Below, piece by piece: positions 52,649 to 64,000 of a stretch of DNA of 64,000 bases. The stretch covers positions 1-64,000 of the forward strand of contig NW_021833427.1 in NCBI RefSeq assembly GCF_006345805.1. Direction: 5' to 3'. The notes below the pieces were generated by a model, which worked only from the letters and a program-made list of their open reading frames with translations, did no database searches and was not told where the DNA came from. Position 1 is the stretch's first letter. The number at the start of each line of letters is the position of its first letter. Both the position numbers and the translations under genes were made by a program. This stretch comes from Octopus sinensis. Lineage: Eukaryota.

Positions 52649-53839
52649 AAACACTGCAGAGTGAGACGTAATTTGTTAATCCCCGATACGGTTTCGATAT
52701 TAGTCTGAAATCAGTTTGACTTCAACCAGGATGGAAAAACGCATGAACATTACAAAATCCATAAGTGACCCCTTTTTCAGGGTCTCAGAAACTGAAAGGA
52801 GGAGAGGAGATTGTTTATTCTCAGACTAGAGACCAGACCTAGAGATGTTTATATACCTGTCGTGGTTATTAGAAAATAAAATTTGTTTCGAGTATGAATT
52901 GAAACCGCTTCGCCGTAGTTCATGTCCACCTCGCTCTTTACTAAACAATTTCAGTCTCCCTTCACTCGATACAATAATTTTTTACGACCAAATATATTTC
53001 TTTTTTTCTTTTCTTTTTTTTCCCTTTTTTTTTCGTTTTTAGTTTCATTTTTAAGTCGTTGGATTGACAAAATTGTTAGGGAAGTCAAACAAAATGCCTT
53101 GCGGTGTTTAGTACTACCCTTTATTTTCTGAGTTCAAGTCCCAGCGAAATCAGTTCAGGGGTTTGTTTCTCTCTTCGGAGTTGATAAAATATATCTACTT
53201 CATCAAAAACCGAGTAGATATATTCGACTGTACACCTACCCCTATGTTAGAAATCAATAAATATAAAGGAGAATGGACATGATACGCAGTGACGGTCCTA
53301 CTTATCCAATTAAGTGACGCAAAGGGAGTTAAAAGACTTCTAGATGGAATCGAAACTGGATCATTGTTTCGGGTCATCAGAATTTCTCCTCTTGGTGTAT
53401 AGCACATGGCACGCTTTACCAAACTAAAAAAATAAAAGCTTGGTGTTTCGACCCCGTTTATAACTGGTACTTACGTAATCGAACTCTAAAAGTGAAAAGA
53501 CAAAGGCAGTCACAGTGGAATTTGAGCCCCTTGTCTCTGAAGGCTGAAATTCAATACAGTAATGGAGCCAATGAGATTATTTACCGTCTCTGCCATATCA
53601 CTTTTATTTCCTGTCCTGGTATTGTTGTCACAGAATATTGGATGGCAAACACTGTGTAGTGAGACGTAATTTCACGATACGGTTTCGATATTAGTCTGAA
53701 ATCGTTTTGACTTCAACCAGGATGTAAAAACGCATGAACATCACAAAATCCATAAGTGATCCCTTTTTCAGGGTCTCAGAAACTGAAAGGAGAAGAGATT
53801 ATTTATTCACAAACTAGAGACCACACCTAAATGTTTATA
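52649..53839. repeat. Two ~200-bp direct repeats ~1 kb apart (52649-52853 and 53647-53839)
   Basis: Shared CGATACGGTTTCGATATTAGTCTGAAATC..GGGTCTCAGAAACTGAAAGGAG..ATGTTTATA with scattered differences. Confidence 0.9.
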
Positions 53840-53899
53840 ACAAAGTGGACGCGCTAAATACACCCAGGGGTCAGTTGGTGGTGTTAAACAAAGCGGCGA

Positions 53900-54400
53900 A
53901 TTAAGTCAACCATCCAAACTTAGGCTGGAATCTAAGTTTTGAGCTGACACAGTCTCTATATATATACAACTGATGTCCTGGGTATGAATTTGAACTGCAT
54001 CCGGTTGTGGGCTTTTGGTTTGCGAGTCACAGGGTTTGAAGGGTTTTTGGAACCACCTCTTATCCAATATTGTTCCCAGGTCTATGCGGAACCGGAGTAG
54101 TAGCACTTGTCAGGGTCACGTCTATGAGTTAATTAGCATATTAGGACTCACCTAATATGCTAATTTAAGAGTGGATCCGGCGGATTCTGCACGAGAATCT
54201 TTCATGATTCAACGGATGGGAAGACCACTGCAGCAACGTATCGTAGACTGCAGAAAGCAAAGCAAGGTAAATACGACATCTTGGTCATCCGCTGTATATA
54301 TCTGGTCATCTTGACCTGGTCTTGCCACTGAACTGAAGGACGTTTTCGGACGAGAGAGTGGGGTTGACCGTACGCAACTCTTCTTCACTTTAAACAAAGC
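53900..54400. pseudogene. Possible decayed Penelope GIY-YIG region with an inverted 5' part and central hairpin
   Basis: Plus 54183-54312 ..ESFMIQRMGRPLQQRIVDCRK..SSAVY resembles YIGETGR.L..R..EH..SAV; minus 54110->53950 resembles the upstream FKP..VVY linker; perfect 15-bp hairpin at 54131-54165. Confidence 0.4.
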
Positions 54401-54439
54401 CACAGCAGACGTCGCTCCAACGGACGTCCATGAATTCTT

Positions 54440-55037
54440 TTCTACTCTAGGCACAAGGCCCAAAACATTTTCGGGAGCGGGGTGCAGTCGATTAGATCGA
54501 CTCCAGTACGCAACTGGTACTTAATTTATCGATCCCGAAAGGAAGAAAGGCAAAGTCGACCTCCGCAGAATTTGAACTCAGAAGTAAAGACAGATGAAAT
54601 CGCGCTAAGCATTTTGCCTGGTGTGCTAACGATTCTTATTTCTTTATTGTCCACAAGAGGCTAAACATAGAGGGGACAAACAAGGACAGACAAACGGATA
54701 AAGTCGATTACATCGACCCCAGTGCGTAATTGGTACTTAATTTATCGACCCCGAAAGAATGAAAGGCAAAGTTGGCCTCGGCGGAATTTAAACTCAGAAC
54801 GTAGCGGCAGACGAAATACCTATTTCTATTTCTTTACTACCCACAAGGGGCTAAACACAGAGAAGACAAACAAGGACAGACACAAGGATTAAGTCGATTA
54901 CATTGACCCCAGTGCGTAACTGGTACTTAATTTATCGACCCCGAAAGGATGAAAGGCAAAGTCGACCTCGGCGGAATTTGAACTGAGAACGTAACGGCAG
55001 ACGCGCCCGGCGTGCTAACGTTTCTGCCAGCTCGCCT
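54440..55037 (-). mobile_element. SINE-B head-to-tail trimer
   Basis: Three consecutive GAAAGGCAAAGT(C/T)G.CCTC units; junctions at ~54820 and ~54636; no TSD between units. Confidence 0.85.
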
Positions 55038-55994
55038 ACAACTAAATTTCATACACTGAACAACTGTAAAGAACTGTCTATTGTGGAGAGAAAAAGTGAG
55101 ATCAATTCGCTTAGTTTAACTCCAACTTCTGGAACCGGATGGAACTAAGATTTAGATATTGTCTTAATTCTTGATGAGATTCTAAGAAGAATTGAAACCA
55201 GTTAGACTGGTCCCTCTTTTCGTGTTCACAAAGGGATTAAGTGAAATACAGTGTTTGTAATTAAGAAGTGTGTTTAATTTTTGTGTTCAATTTTGTTTAA
55301 TTAAACGGTCCACATCCGTTCGTCTCCCAAATGCTTTCTACTATAGGCACAAGGCCTGAAGGTTCGAGGAAGGTGTTAGTCGATGACATCGACCCCAGTA
55401 CTCAACTGGTACTTATTTTATAATAATAATGCTTTCTACTATCACACATATAAGGTTGTCCCCAAAGGAGCCGCGAATCCGAAACCAAGAATCTGTGAAG
55501 TGGGCTTCTTAAGCACCCACCCTAACACTACACCCACACCAATACTCTTATAGGTACCCATACCCCTCTCTACATCCATACCCGTATCTACACCCACCTA
55601 GCCATCCCCACACCTTTATCCAGGCCTGCACCCATATTTAATTATGTCTGGCGAAAAAGAAATCTATAACTGTCAAAAGAGAACAGGTGTTTGATAGTGT
55701 ATGTCCTTCTACTCGGATGGCAATAGTGTCGGGTATCCACCCCGATGAGTCAGCAGCCTTGTTGTAACGTCTCCTTTTGCTAACCTGAATAATTTAACAC
55801 TTACCTGGGGTAATCAATCACTTAACCTCGCTACTTGAAACTGCAACTGTCAGACATCTTATATCATGTCAAAGTAGACTTACGCTAAATATAGGCGAGG
55901 TGGTCACGGCACGAGTGTCTTTGATAATTAAGTTTGCTCAATCGAGGTTGACTTCGAGTTACACAACATCATCATCATCAGCAGCAGCAGCAGT

Positions 55995-56365
55995 GGAAGC
56001 GCAATGGCCCAGTGGTTAGGGCAACGAACTCGCGGTCGGAGGATCGCGGTTTCGATTCCCAGACCGGGCGTTGTGTGTGTTTACTGAGCGAAAACACCTG
56101 AAGCTCCACGAGGCTCCGGCAGTTGGTGGTGGCGACCCTGTTGTACTCTTTCGCTCCAACTTTCTCTCACTCTTTCTTCCTGTTTTTCGTCCCCGACTTC
56201 CTACGCAACCGCTGAGCCTGGATGCGCATTCATCCATCCGTCGATGCTCTCGGTGTCGGGGGTTGACCTGCTTTCTCTTCTGCGGGTCTTACAAATAGCA
56301 AAGGACCACATTTCGGACTTCTCTCACTGCTCTGGGACGAAGACCGCTTCACTCAACAGCAACAT
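55995..56365 (+). mobile_element. SINE family C2
   Basis: GCGCAATGGCCCAGTGGTTAGGGC..GGTTTCGATTCCC head plus a body matching 39445-39585. Confidence 0.82.
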
Positions 56366-56884
56366 CAATGTCGCAGCTATATGTGTGTATGCAGCAAAGG
56401 TTATAGACATGATACTATGAATCGTTGTCGCTAGAAACGGTTTCACATCGCTCGACCTGCTAGACATAGCAGCCAAATCACCCCACAATCATACACTTCT
56501 GTCTTAAAAAAAATAAATTACTCCTCAGTAATTTATACAGATGAGTAAAGCAGTGTAAAGTTATAATCTTCTTTAGACCACCATTTAGGAGATATATCGA
56601 TTATCGATCTATTGGTGATTGACTAACCTCTCATCCAATTGGGAGATCAATCAGACATCTGTTTAGGAAAGGAATCCAGTAAGCAATAACCTAAAACAGG
56701 TTTATTTCACTAAAAAATCCCCCCTCTCTCTATCCAAAGACGAAGTATTCGGCAGAGATATAATGACACATTAAGAAGTAACAATATACATTCCTTTCTC
56801 TTTAATTCAACCACTGGCAAGACGATGCTCTATGTGGTCACTCGAACCGCAAGAAATAGTAACCAAATCCTCTCAGAATACACT

Positions 56885-57097
56885 CTTTACTCTCTTTTAC
56901 TCTTTTACTTGTTTCAGTCATTTGACTGCGGCCATGCTGGAGCACCGCCTTTAGTCGAGAAAATCGACCTCGGGACTTATTATTTGTAAGCCCAGTACTT
57001 ATTCTAGCGGTCTCTTTTGCCGAACCGCTAAGTGACGGGGACGTAAACACACCAGCATCGGTTGTCAAGCAATGTTAGGGGGACAAACACACACACA

Positions 57098-57167
<70 letters not shown>

Positions 57168-57330
57168 TACGACAGGCTTCTTTCAGTTTCCGTCTGCCAA
57201 ATCCACTCACAAGGCATTAGTCGGCCTGGGGCTATAGCAGAAGACACTTGCCCAAGATGCCACGCAGTGGGACTAAACCCAGAACCATGTGGTTGGTAAG
57301 CAAGCTACTTACCACACAGCCACTCCTGCG
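56885..57330 (-). mobile_element. SINE family A, full-length
   Basis: Homology to 2885-3339. Confidence 0.88.
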
Positions 57331-57715
57331 TTTTACATAAAGACACTGGACATTGCTCTCCTAGGTTACTTCTCAGCGGGACAGTCACGGTTGAAACGGC
57401 TTTGATCGTAGGTCTACACCGTCAGGGGCTGACCCGAGGCTACACAACAACTCAACGACTTCAAACTGAATCCAGAAGAATTTAAATAAAGAATTTGGTA
57501 AGGGATCGAAATCAAGGCAGCGAATCACGTGGAATCTGGTGTCGTCGGTGGTTCGGCCATGTTAGTTTGGCCTCTGAATGTCGGTTCGCCATTTCCATAT
57601 TAAGTAGACATTAAGTAGAGAGTGGAAGGGTTAAATATAAATGCGTTGGTTGCGAGAGGTCATATATTAACTGCAGTGACTAATAAAGTCGAAGACTTCA
57701 TTAACGGATCTGTGG

Positions 57716-57736
57716 CAGCGCCATCTACTGGCGGCC
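57716..57736 (-). promoter_or_regulatory. CTCF-consensus site
   Basis: Minus GGCCGCCAGTAGATGGCGCTG contains CCAGTAGATGGCGC, a 14/14 match to CCASYAGRKGGCRS, in non-repeat DNA. Confidence 0.5.
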
Positions 57737-57845
57737 ATAACAAATGCTATTTTATGGCTTTGAAATTAGCTTAATACCATTAAAATGCAAATGTTTTTAT
57801 CGTAAAATGAAGCAGAGCTAAACCGGCTTTAATGGGGTTGCGTAC

Positions 57846-57921
<76 letters not shown>

Positions 57922-57937
57922 TGTGGTGTGTGTGTGT

Positions 57938-57976
<39 letters not shown>

Positions 57977-58374
57977 TGTGTGTGGTGTGTCTGTGTGTGT
58001 GTGTGTGTGGTGTCTGTGTGTCTGTGTGTGTGTGTGTGTGCTTGTGTTGATGTGTATGTATATATGTGAATGGAAGAAAGCTAATGAAAGATTATGTATG
58101 TATGTATGTATGTATACATGTATGTATGTATGTATATTGATATGTATATGTGAATATATGCAGTATGAATGTATGTCTTTATATGTTTATATCTGTATGT
58201 GTATATGATGGTATATTTGTATGTATATGTATACGTGTGTGTGTATACATACATACATACATATATATATATACATATATATATATGTGTGTGTGTGTGT
58301 GTGTATGTATGTATATAGAGAGAGATGCATGTGCAAGTGTACACGTTATAAATATAATATATGTATGTACATAT

Positions 58375-58466
<92 letters not shown>

Positions 58467-58807
58467 CATACATACACACACATATTAATGTGTGTAATTA
58501 CATACACAAATGTACATATGCATGTATGAAGTGAGTGGTGATGGTCGTGATGGAGGTTCTGGTTAACAGAAGTTCCAAGTTGGAACTGGTTATAACCAGT
58601 TATTAAACAAACTGAATCGTTAGAACAGCAGTCACAGATGAGATGAATTCGTATTCTGTTGGGTAAATTAGAGCGTTTTAATACTTGGAATAAGAATGGC
58701 AGGACAACACTTGAAAGCGAATTAGAAACCTCGCATCACCAGCATCATCCTGACCATCACCATCATCATCATCATCATTATTATTATTGTTGTTGTTGTT
58801 GTTAAAG

Positions 58808-59205
58808 AGACGAGCTGGCAGAATCGTCATCTGGCCGGGCGAAATGCTAAGCGGTATTTCGTCTGCCACTACGCTCTCAGTTCAAATTCCGCTGAGGTCG
58901 ACTTTGCCTTTCATCCTTTCGGGGTCGATAAATTAAGTACCAGTTACGCACTGGGGTCGATATAATCGACTTAATCCGTTTGTCTGTCCTTGTTTGTTCC
59001 CTCTATGTTTAGTCCCTTGCGGGTAGTAAAGAAATAGGTATTTCGTCTGCCACTGCGTTCTGAGTTCAAATTCCGCCGAGGCCGACTTTGCCTTTCATCC
59101 TTTCGGGGTCGATAAAATTAGTACCAGTTCCGCACTGGTGTCGATATAAATCGACTTAATTCCTTCCCCAAAATTTGAGGCTTTGTGCTTCCAGCAGAAA
59201 GGATT
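58808..59205 (+). mobile_element. SINE-B head-to-tail dimer
   Basis: Full unit, junction AAAGAAATA|GGTATTTCGTCTGCC at 59036/59037, then a second unit. Confidence 0.87.
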
Positions 59206-59352
59206 ATTATTATTATTATCATCATCATTGCCTTTTCACAGCTTCTAGCGCTGGAGATGTACTACGGTGTCAGCTGTTCACTACCAGTGAGCTAAAGTAA
59301 CACTCCTTATTTTTCGTGCACCATCCGGAGTATTCGAGCGGTTCTGAGCAGT

Positions 59353-59885
59353 GCCACCACCACCATCACCATCACTACCACCACCCCCATTACCACCACC
59401 ACCACCACCACCACCACCACCACAACCACCACTACCATTACCATCACCACCACCACCACAACCACCACTACCATTACCATCACCACCACCAACACCACCA
59501 CCACCACCACCACGACAACACCCACCACCACCATCATTACCATCACCACCATCATCCCCAACACCACCATTACCATCACCACTACAACCACTACCATTAC
59601 CACCACTGCTACCACCACCACCACCACCATCACCGCCTCTGCCACTACAATCTGCAACACTATACCACCTTCGCTGCACTCCACCACTATCACCACCACC
59701 ACCCCATTGCTTCATTACCATCACCACTACTACCATCACTGCACCACCACCACAAGACCCATCATCAGCACCAACACTACAAGTACCACTACACAACCAC
59801 AGACATCACCACCACCACACCATAACTCCCACCATCACCACTACTATAAACACCAATACCACTTTCACTACTACCACCGCTACCC
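59353..59885. repeat. Degenerate (CAC)n array
   Basis: Direct reading. Confidence 0.9.
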
Positions 59886-60439
59886 TTACACTCACCAGCG
59901 TCAGGTTTTGGTTTATCGAGTGGGGTGTCCCAAACAGTTCCGCCCTCACCCACCCACCCCCGCTTCCCCAACCAGCGGGTGGTCCACCTAAGATGGTGTC
60001 AAACCTCATCTTTTCTCACCCCAACAACCACCGGCTCATTGCTCGCTTGGCATCCGGAATATTTCACGTTGCAAACCAGCGCTTGTCAAACAAGATAGCA
60101 ACGGCGAGAGGTTTCGAGAAGCCTCGCGCTACGGTGGCAAATCAAGGGGAGCAAAAAAAATATATATATAATGAACAAAGACAAAAGGACAAATAAAAAA
60201 ATATAAAAAAATAAAGTGGGAGGGGCAGGACAGAAAGAAAGGGTGAGGGAGGAAGAAGACAAGGGGGTGAAAAAAAAAGAGGGTCTCTTTGTCCAATTTG
60301 ACACTGGTGTACATCGTTACACCCTTCATAGATTCGGGGTTTATCAAGTGGTAAGGAGTCATCCACGACCATCTCTCTCCCTCTGTCTCTCCTTCTCTAT
60401 CTCTCTCATCCTCTCTCTCTCACCCTTTCTCTCTCTCCT

Positions 60440-60471
<32 letters not shown>

Positions 60472-60869
60472 CTCTCCCTCTTCCTTATTTATTAATGTCA
60501 ACATTGACAGCATATAGGTGCGACAATGAAGAAAATTAAAGGTTACACTTGTCGGTGTGTGTGTGTATATATATATATACATATATATATGTGACTGTGC
60601 GTGTATGTGTGTGTGAGCGTGTATAGTGTATGTGTGTGTGTAAATATATATATATACGTGTGTGTGTGCGCGTGTAACACATGAAGAGAGCCAGCCATAT
60701 TTGAATCGCCAACAGATAACAATATCTGTTTCGTGTTTATGTAGCACATCGTAAAATTGATTAGATTCATGCACACACACACACACACACACATACGCAC
60801 ATACATATATACGTATGTGTATACGCATACATACATACTCACACGCACACACACAATAAAATTAATGGT

Positions 60870-61060
60870 TTCAAATTTTGGTACAAGGCCAGCAATTTTG
60901 GCGGGGGGTGTAAGTCGAATACATCGAGCCCAGTTCTGAACTGGTACTTATTTTATCGGTCCCAAAAGAATGAAAGGCAATGTCGACCTCGGTGGAATTT
61001 GAATTCAGAACGAGAAGACGGATGAAACGCCGCTAAGCATTTTGTCCGGCGTGCTAGCGA
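60870..61060 (-). mobile_element. SINE-B variant adjoining (AAT)n
   Basis: GAATGAAAGGCAATGTCGACCTCGG..CTGCCAGTGCACCGCC. Confidence 0.8.
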
Positions 61061-61078
61061 TTCTGCCAGTGCACCGCC

Positions 61079-61121
<43 letters not shown>

Positions 61122-61609
61122 TGATGATGATGATGATGATGATATGATGATGATGATGATAATGAGCGAGGCGAAGCAACGACATCAAAGACGAATAAAG
61201 GTATATTAAATACCATAAAATATAAATTCTTCATGTCTTAAAATAATTTCTGCTTCAAGGGAAGGTAGGTCAATCGCCTGGTGTTAAATGGTCTCAACTC
61301 CAAATGAAAAGGCGAAATAATTCCAAGTAGGGTCTTCCAAAGTTAAATTGCTATAAGGAACAGAAAGTCTGTTATTCCGTCTTACACCCAACTCTAATAT
61401 TAACAGCCTGGAAAATTCTTGTGTGGTTTGAACTGCAGATCACAACTATGGTCTCTGAAGAAAAATTTCAAGCTTTACATTTTGGAGAAATTGCGAAAAA
61501 CAAGACAAAGTCAGGAATTTCAGGTGCCAAGAATGCTTCCACTCGTAGTTTCTTTTTTCTTTTCTTTTTTCTTTTAATGCCGTGTGGGATGAGGGACGAT
61601 ATATTATAC

Positions 61610-62668
61610 TCTCTTTACTCTTTTACTTATTTCAGTCATTTGACTGCGGCCATGCTGTAGCACCGCCTTTTAGTCGAGCAAATTGACCCCAGGACTTATT
61701 GTTTATAAGCCTAGTACTTATTCTATCGGTAACTGCTAAGTTACGGGGACGTAAACACGCCACCATCGGTTGTCAAATGATGTTGGGGGGGGGGACAAAT
61801 ACAGACACACAAACATATACACACACACACATATATATACATATATACGACGGGCTTCTTTCAGTTTCCATCTACCAAATCCACTCACAAGGCTTTAGTC
61901 GGTCCGAGGCTATAGTAAAAGACACTTGCCCAAGGTGCCACGCAGTGGGACTGAACCCGGAACCATGTGGTTGCTAAGCAAGCTACTTACCACACAGCCA
62001 CTCACATATATACGACGGGCTTCTTTCAGTTTCCGTCTACCAAATCCACTCCCAAGGCTTTGGTCGGCCCGAGGCTATAGTAAAAGACACTTGCCCAAGG
62101 TGCCATGCAGTGGGACTGAACCCGGAACCATGTGGTTGCTAAGCAAGCTACTTACCACACAGCCACTTACATACATAGGACGGGCTTCTTTCAGTTTCCG
62201 TCTACCAAATCCACTCACAAGGCTTTGGTTGGCCCGAGGCTATAGTAAAAGACACTTGCCCAAGGTGCCATGCAGTGGGACTGAACCCGGAACCATGTGG
62301 TTGCTAAGCAAGCTACTTACCACACAGCCACTTACATACATACGACGGGCTTCTTTCAGTTTCCGTCTACCAAATCCTCTCACAAGGCTTTGGTCGGCCC
62401 GAGGCTATAGTAAAAGACACTTGCCCAAGGTGCCATGCAGTGGGACTGAACCGGGAACCATGTGGTTGGTAAGCAAGCTACTTACGACACAGCCACTCAC
62501 ATATATACGACGGGCTTCTTTCAGTTTCCGTCTACCAAATCCACTCACAAGGCTTTGGTTGGCCCGATGCTATAGTTGAAGACACTTGCCCAAATTGCCA
62601 CGCAATGGGACTGAACCCGGAACCATGTGGCTGGTAAGCAAGCTACTTACCACAAAGCTACTCCTGTG
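61610..62668 (-). mobile_element. SINE-A whose 5' half is amplified as 5 tandem 165-bp units
   Basis: (C/G)GACGGGCTTCTTTC starts at 61848, 62013, 62178, 62343 and 62508. Confidence 0.92.
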
Positions 62669-63054
62669 TGTGTGTGTGGAAGATATGATGTTTATCCCAA
62701 TTATCTGCGGCGAATGAAAGGAATGGGAGAAAGTAATAAATAAATAAACCCGTTTGGTTTATAAATCTTCAATGCTATTGAATTACATTGGGTTTCAAAT
62801 CTGTCTACATTTAGTCGAGGCTGTGAAATATCATAAAGAATAATTTATGAAGAGTCGCAAGGCAAATAATAATAAGAGAAGCGGAAAAGTAATTGCAAGG
62901 TTGTAACTTCTAAAAGGGTGATAATGATAACATTAAACGGTGTTTTGTAATCGGGGGAAAATGAAAGTGAAAGTAAAAGGATCGTCGAGTTAGAAGGAAA
63001 TACTGAGAGTTCATAAATTACACTGTGCAACGAAATTTTTATTTTATTTTATTT

Positions 63055-63469
63055 TACTCTTTTACTCTTTTACTCTTTTACTTGTTTCAGTCATTTGACT
63101 GCGGCCATGCTGGAGCACCGCCTTTAGTCGAGCAACTCGACCCCGGGACTTATTCTTTGTAAGCCCAGTACTTATTCTATCGGTCTCTTTTGCCGATCCG
63201 CTAAGTGACGGGGACGTAAACACACCAGCATCGGTTGTCAAGTGATGTTGGAGGGACAAACACAGACACACAAACTCACACACAAATATATATACATACA
63301 TATATACGACAGGCTTCTTTCAGTTACCGTCTACCAAATCCACTCACAAGGCATTGGTCGACCCGGGGCTATAGCAGAAGACACTTGCCCAAGATGCCAC
63401 GCAGTGGGACTGAACCCGGAACCATGTGGTTGGTTAGCAAGCTACTTACCACACAGCCACTCCTGCGCC
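63055..63469 (-). mobile_element. SINE family A, full-length
   Basis: Homology to 2885-3339. Confidence 0.88.
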
Positions 63470-63814
63470 TATTTTATTTATTTTATTTATTTTTTATTTT
63501 ATTTCATTTATTTTATTTTATTTATTTATTGCATTGTCTTTGGTCTGTAAGGGTTATTTCCAATTCGCTTCTATCTAGAAATCAGAAGAAATTACTTTTA
63601 TTCCCTTCAAACTCATGTGGACGCCAATGTTCCAAAACTGACCTATTTTCCATTACATTTCAGACAGATCCAGCACTGAGTTGCTGAAGCAGAAATATCG
63701 TTATAGCAAATATTCTGCTCAACACCACAGACTTTCCTGTCAGATGATTTGATCATAACCACTTGGGCATGTCCCTTAGTGGCTGACAATATGTGAATCC
63801 CCGATGATGAGCAA

Positions 63815-64000
63815 GAATAGTGGGGCAGCATCATAGCCATGTGTTGAGAGGGATTCTTTGGGGTTTGAATAAATGTAACAAAAGCAAAATTTGAAGGAAA
63901 TATTTGCCATATATGAAGGCGCATGGCCGAGTGGTTAAGCTGTTGCACTCACGATCACTATAGCCTTGGGCCTACCAAAGCCTTGTGAGTGGATTTGGTA
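63815..64000 (+). mobile_element. Repeat G fragment followed by a K-type head joined to SINE-A body (runs off window)
   Basis: GGCAGCATCATAGCCATGTGTTGAGAGG; GGCGCATGGCCGAGTGGTTAAG..CCAAAGCCTTGTGAGTGGATTTGG. Confidence 0.55.

Noticed and set aside
55799-55840. Strong minus donor CCAG|GTAAGT (also resembles the U1 snRNA 5' end on plus)
   Set aside because: The 36-nt upstream segment has stops in all frames and there is no further U1 similarity; it could at most be a UTR exon.

Overview
AT-rich eukaryotic (metazoan) DNA dominated by microsatellites ((CA)n, (TA)n, (TACA)n, (AAT)n, (GGT)n, (TTG)n, (GA)n) and short interspersed repeats. The repeat landscape resembles Octopus (coleoid cephalopod) intronic or intergenic DNA; this is my recognition, not a database result. 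No complete gene, rRNA, true tRNA or CRISPR array is supportable, and nearly all supplied ORFs are translated microsatellites. Supportable content: several tRNA-derived SINE families (my labels A, B, C1, C2, K), an unclassified family J, a hAT-type MITE, decayed RTE/BovB LINE fragments, a 5'-truncated R4/Dong-like LINE, and several Penelope-like (PLE) terminal modules with hammerhead-like GA-stem-GAAACGT motifs. The most unusual items are a ~2.1 kb near-perfect palindrome built from PLE modules (6541-8662), a tRNA-headed element with a PLE/hammerhead-like tail (25330-25628), SINE concatemers sharing junctions across loci, and a 5x165 bp SINE-head array. There is one plausible minus-strand coding exon (33255-33359) and a few candidate regulatory motifs (CTCF, paired DR1, ETS cluster). 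Coordinates were read by eye and diffuse repeat edges are approximate.
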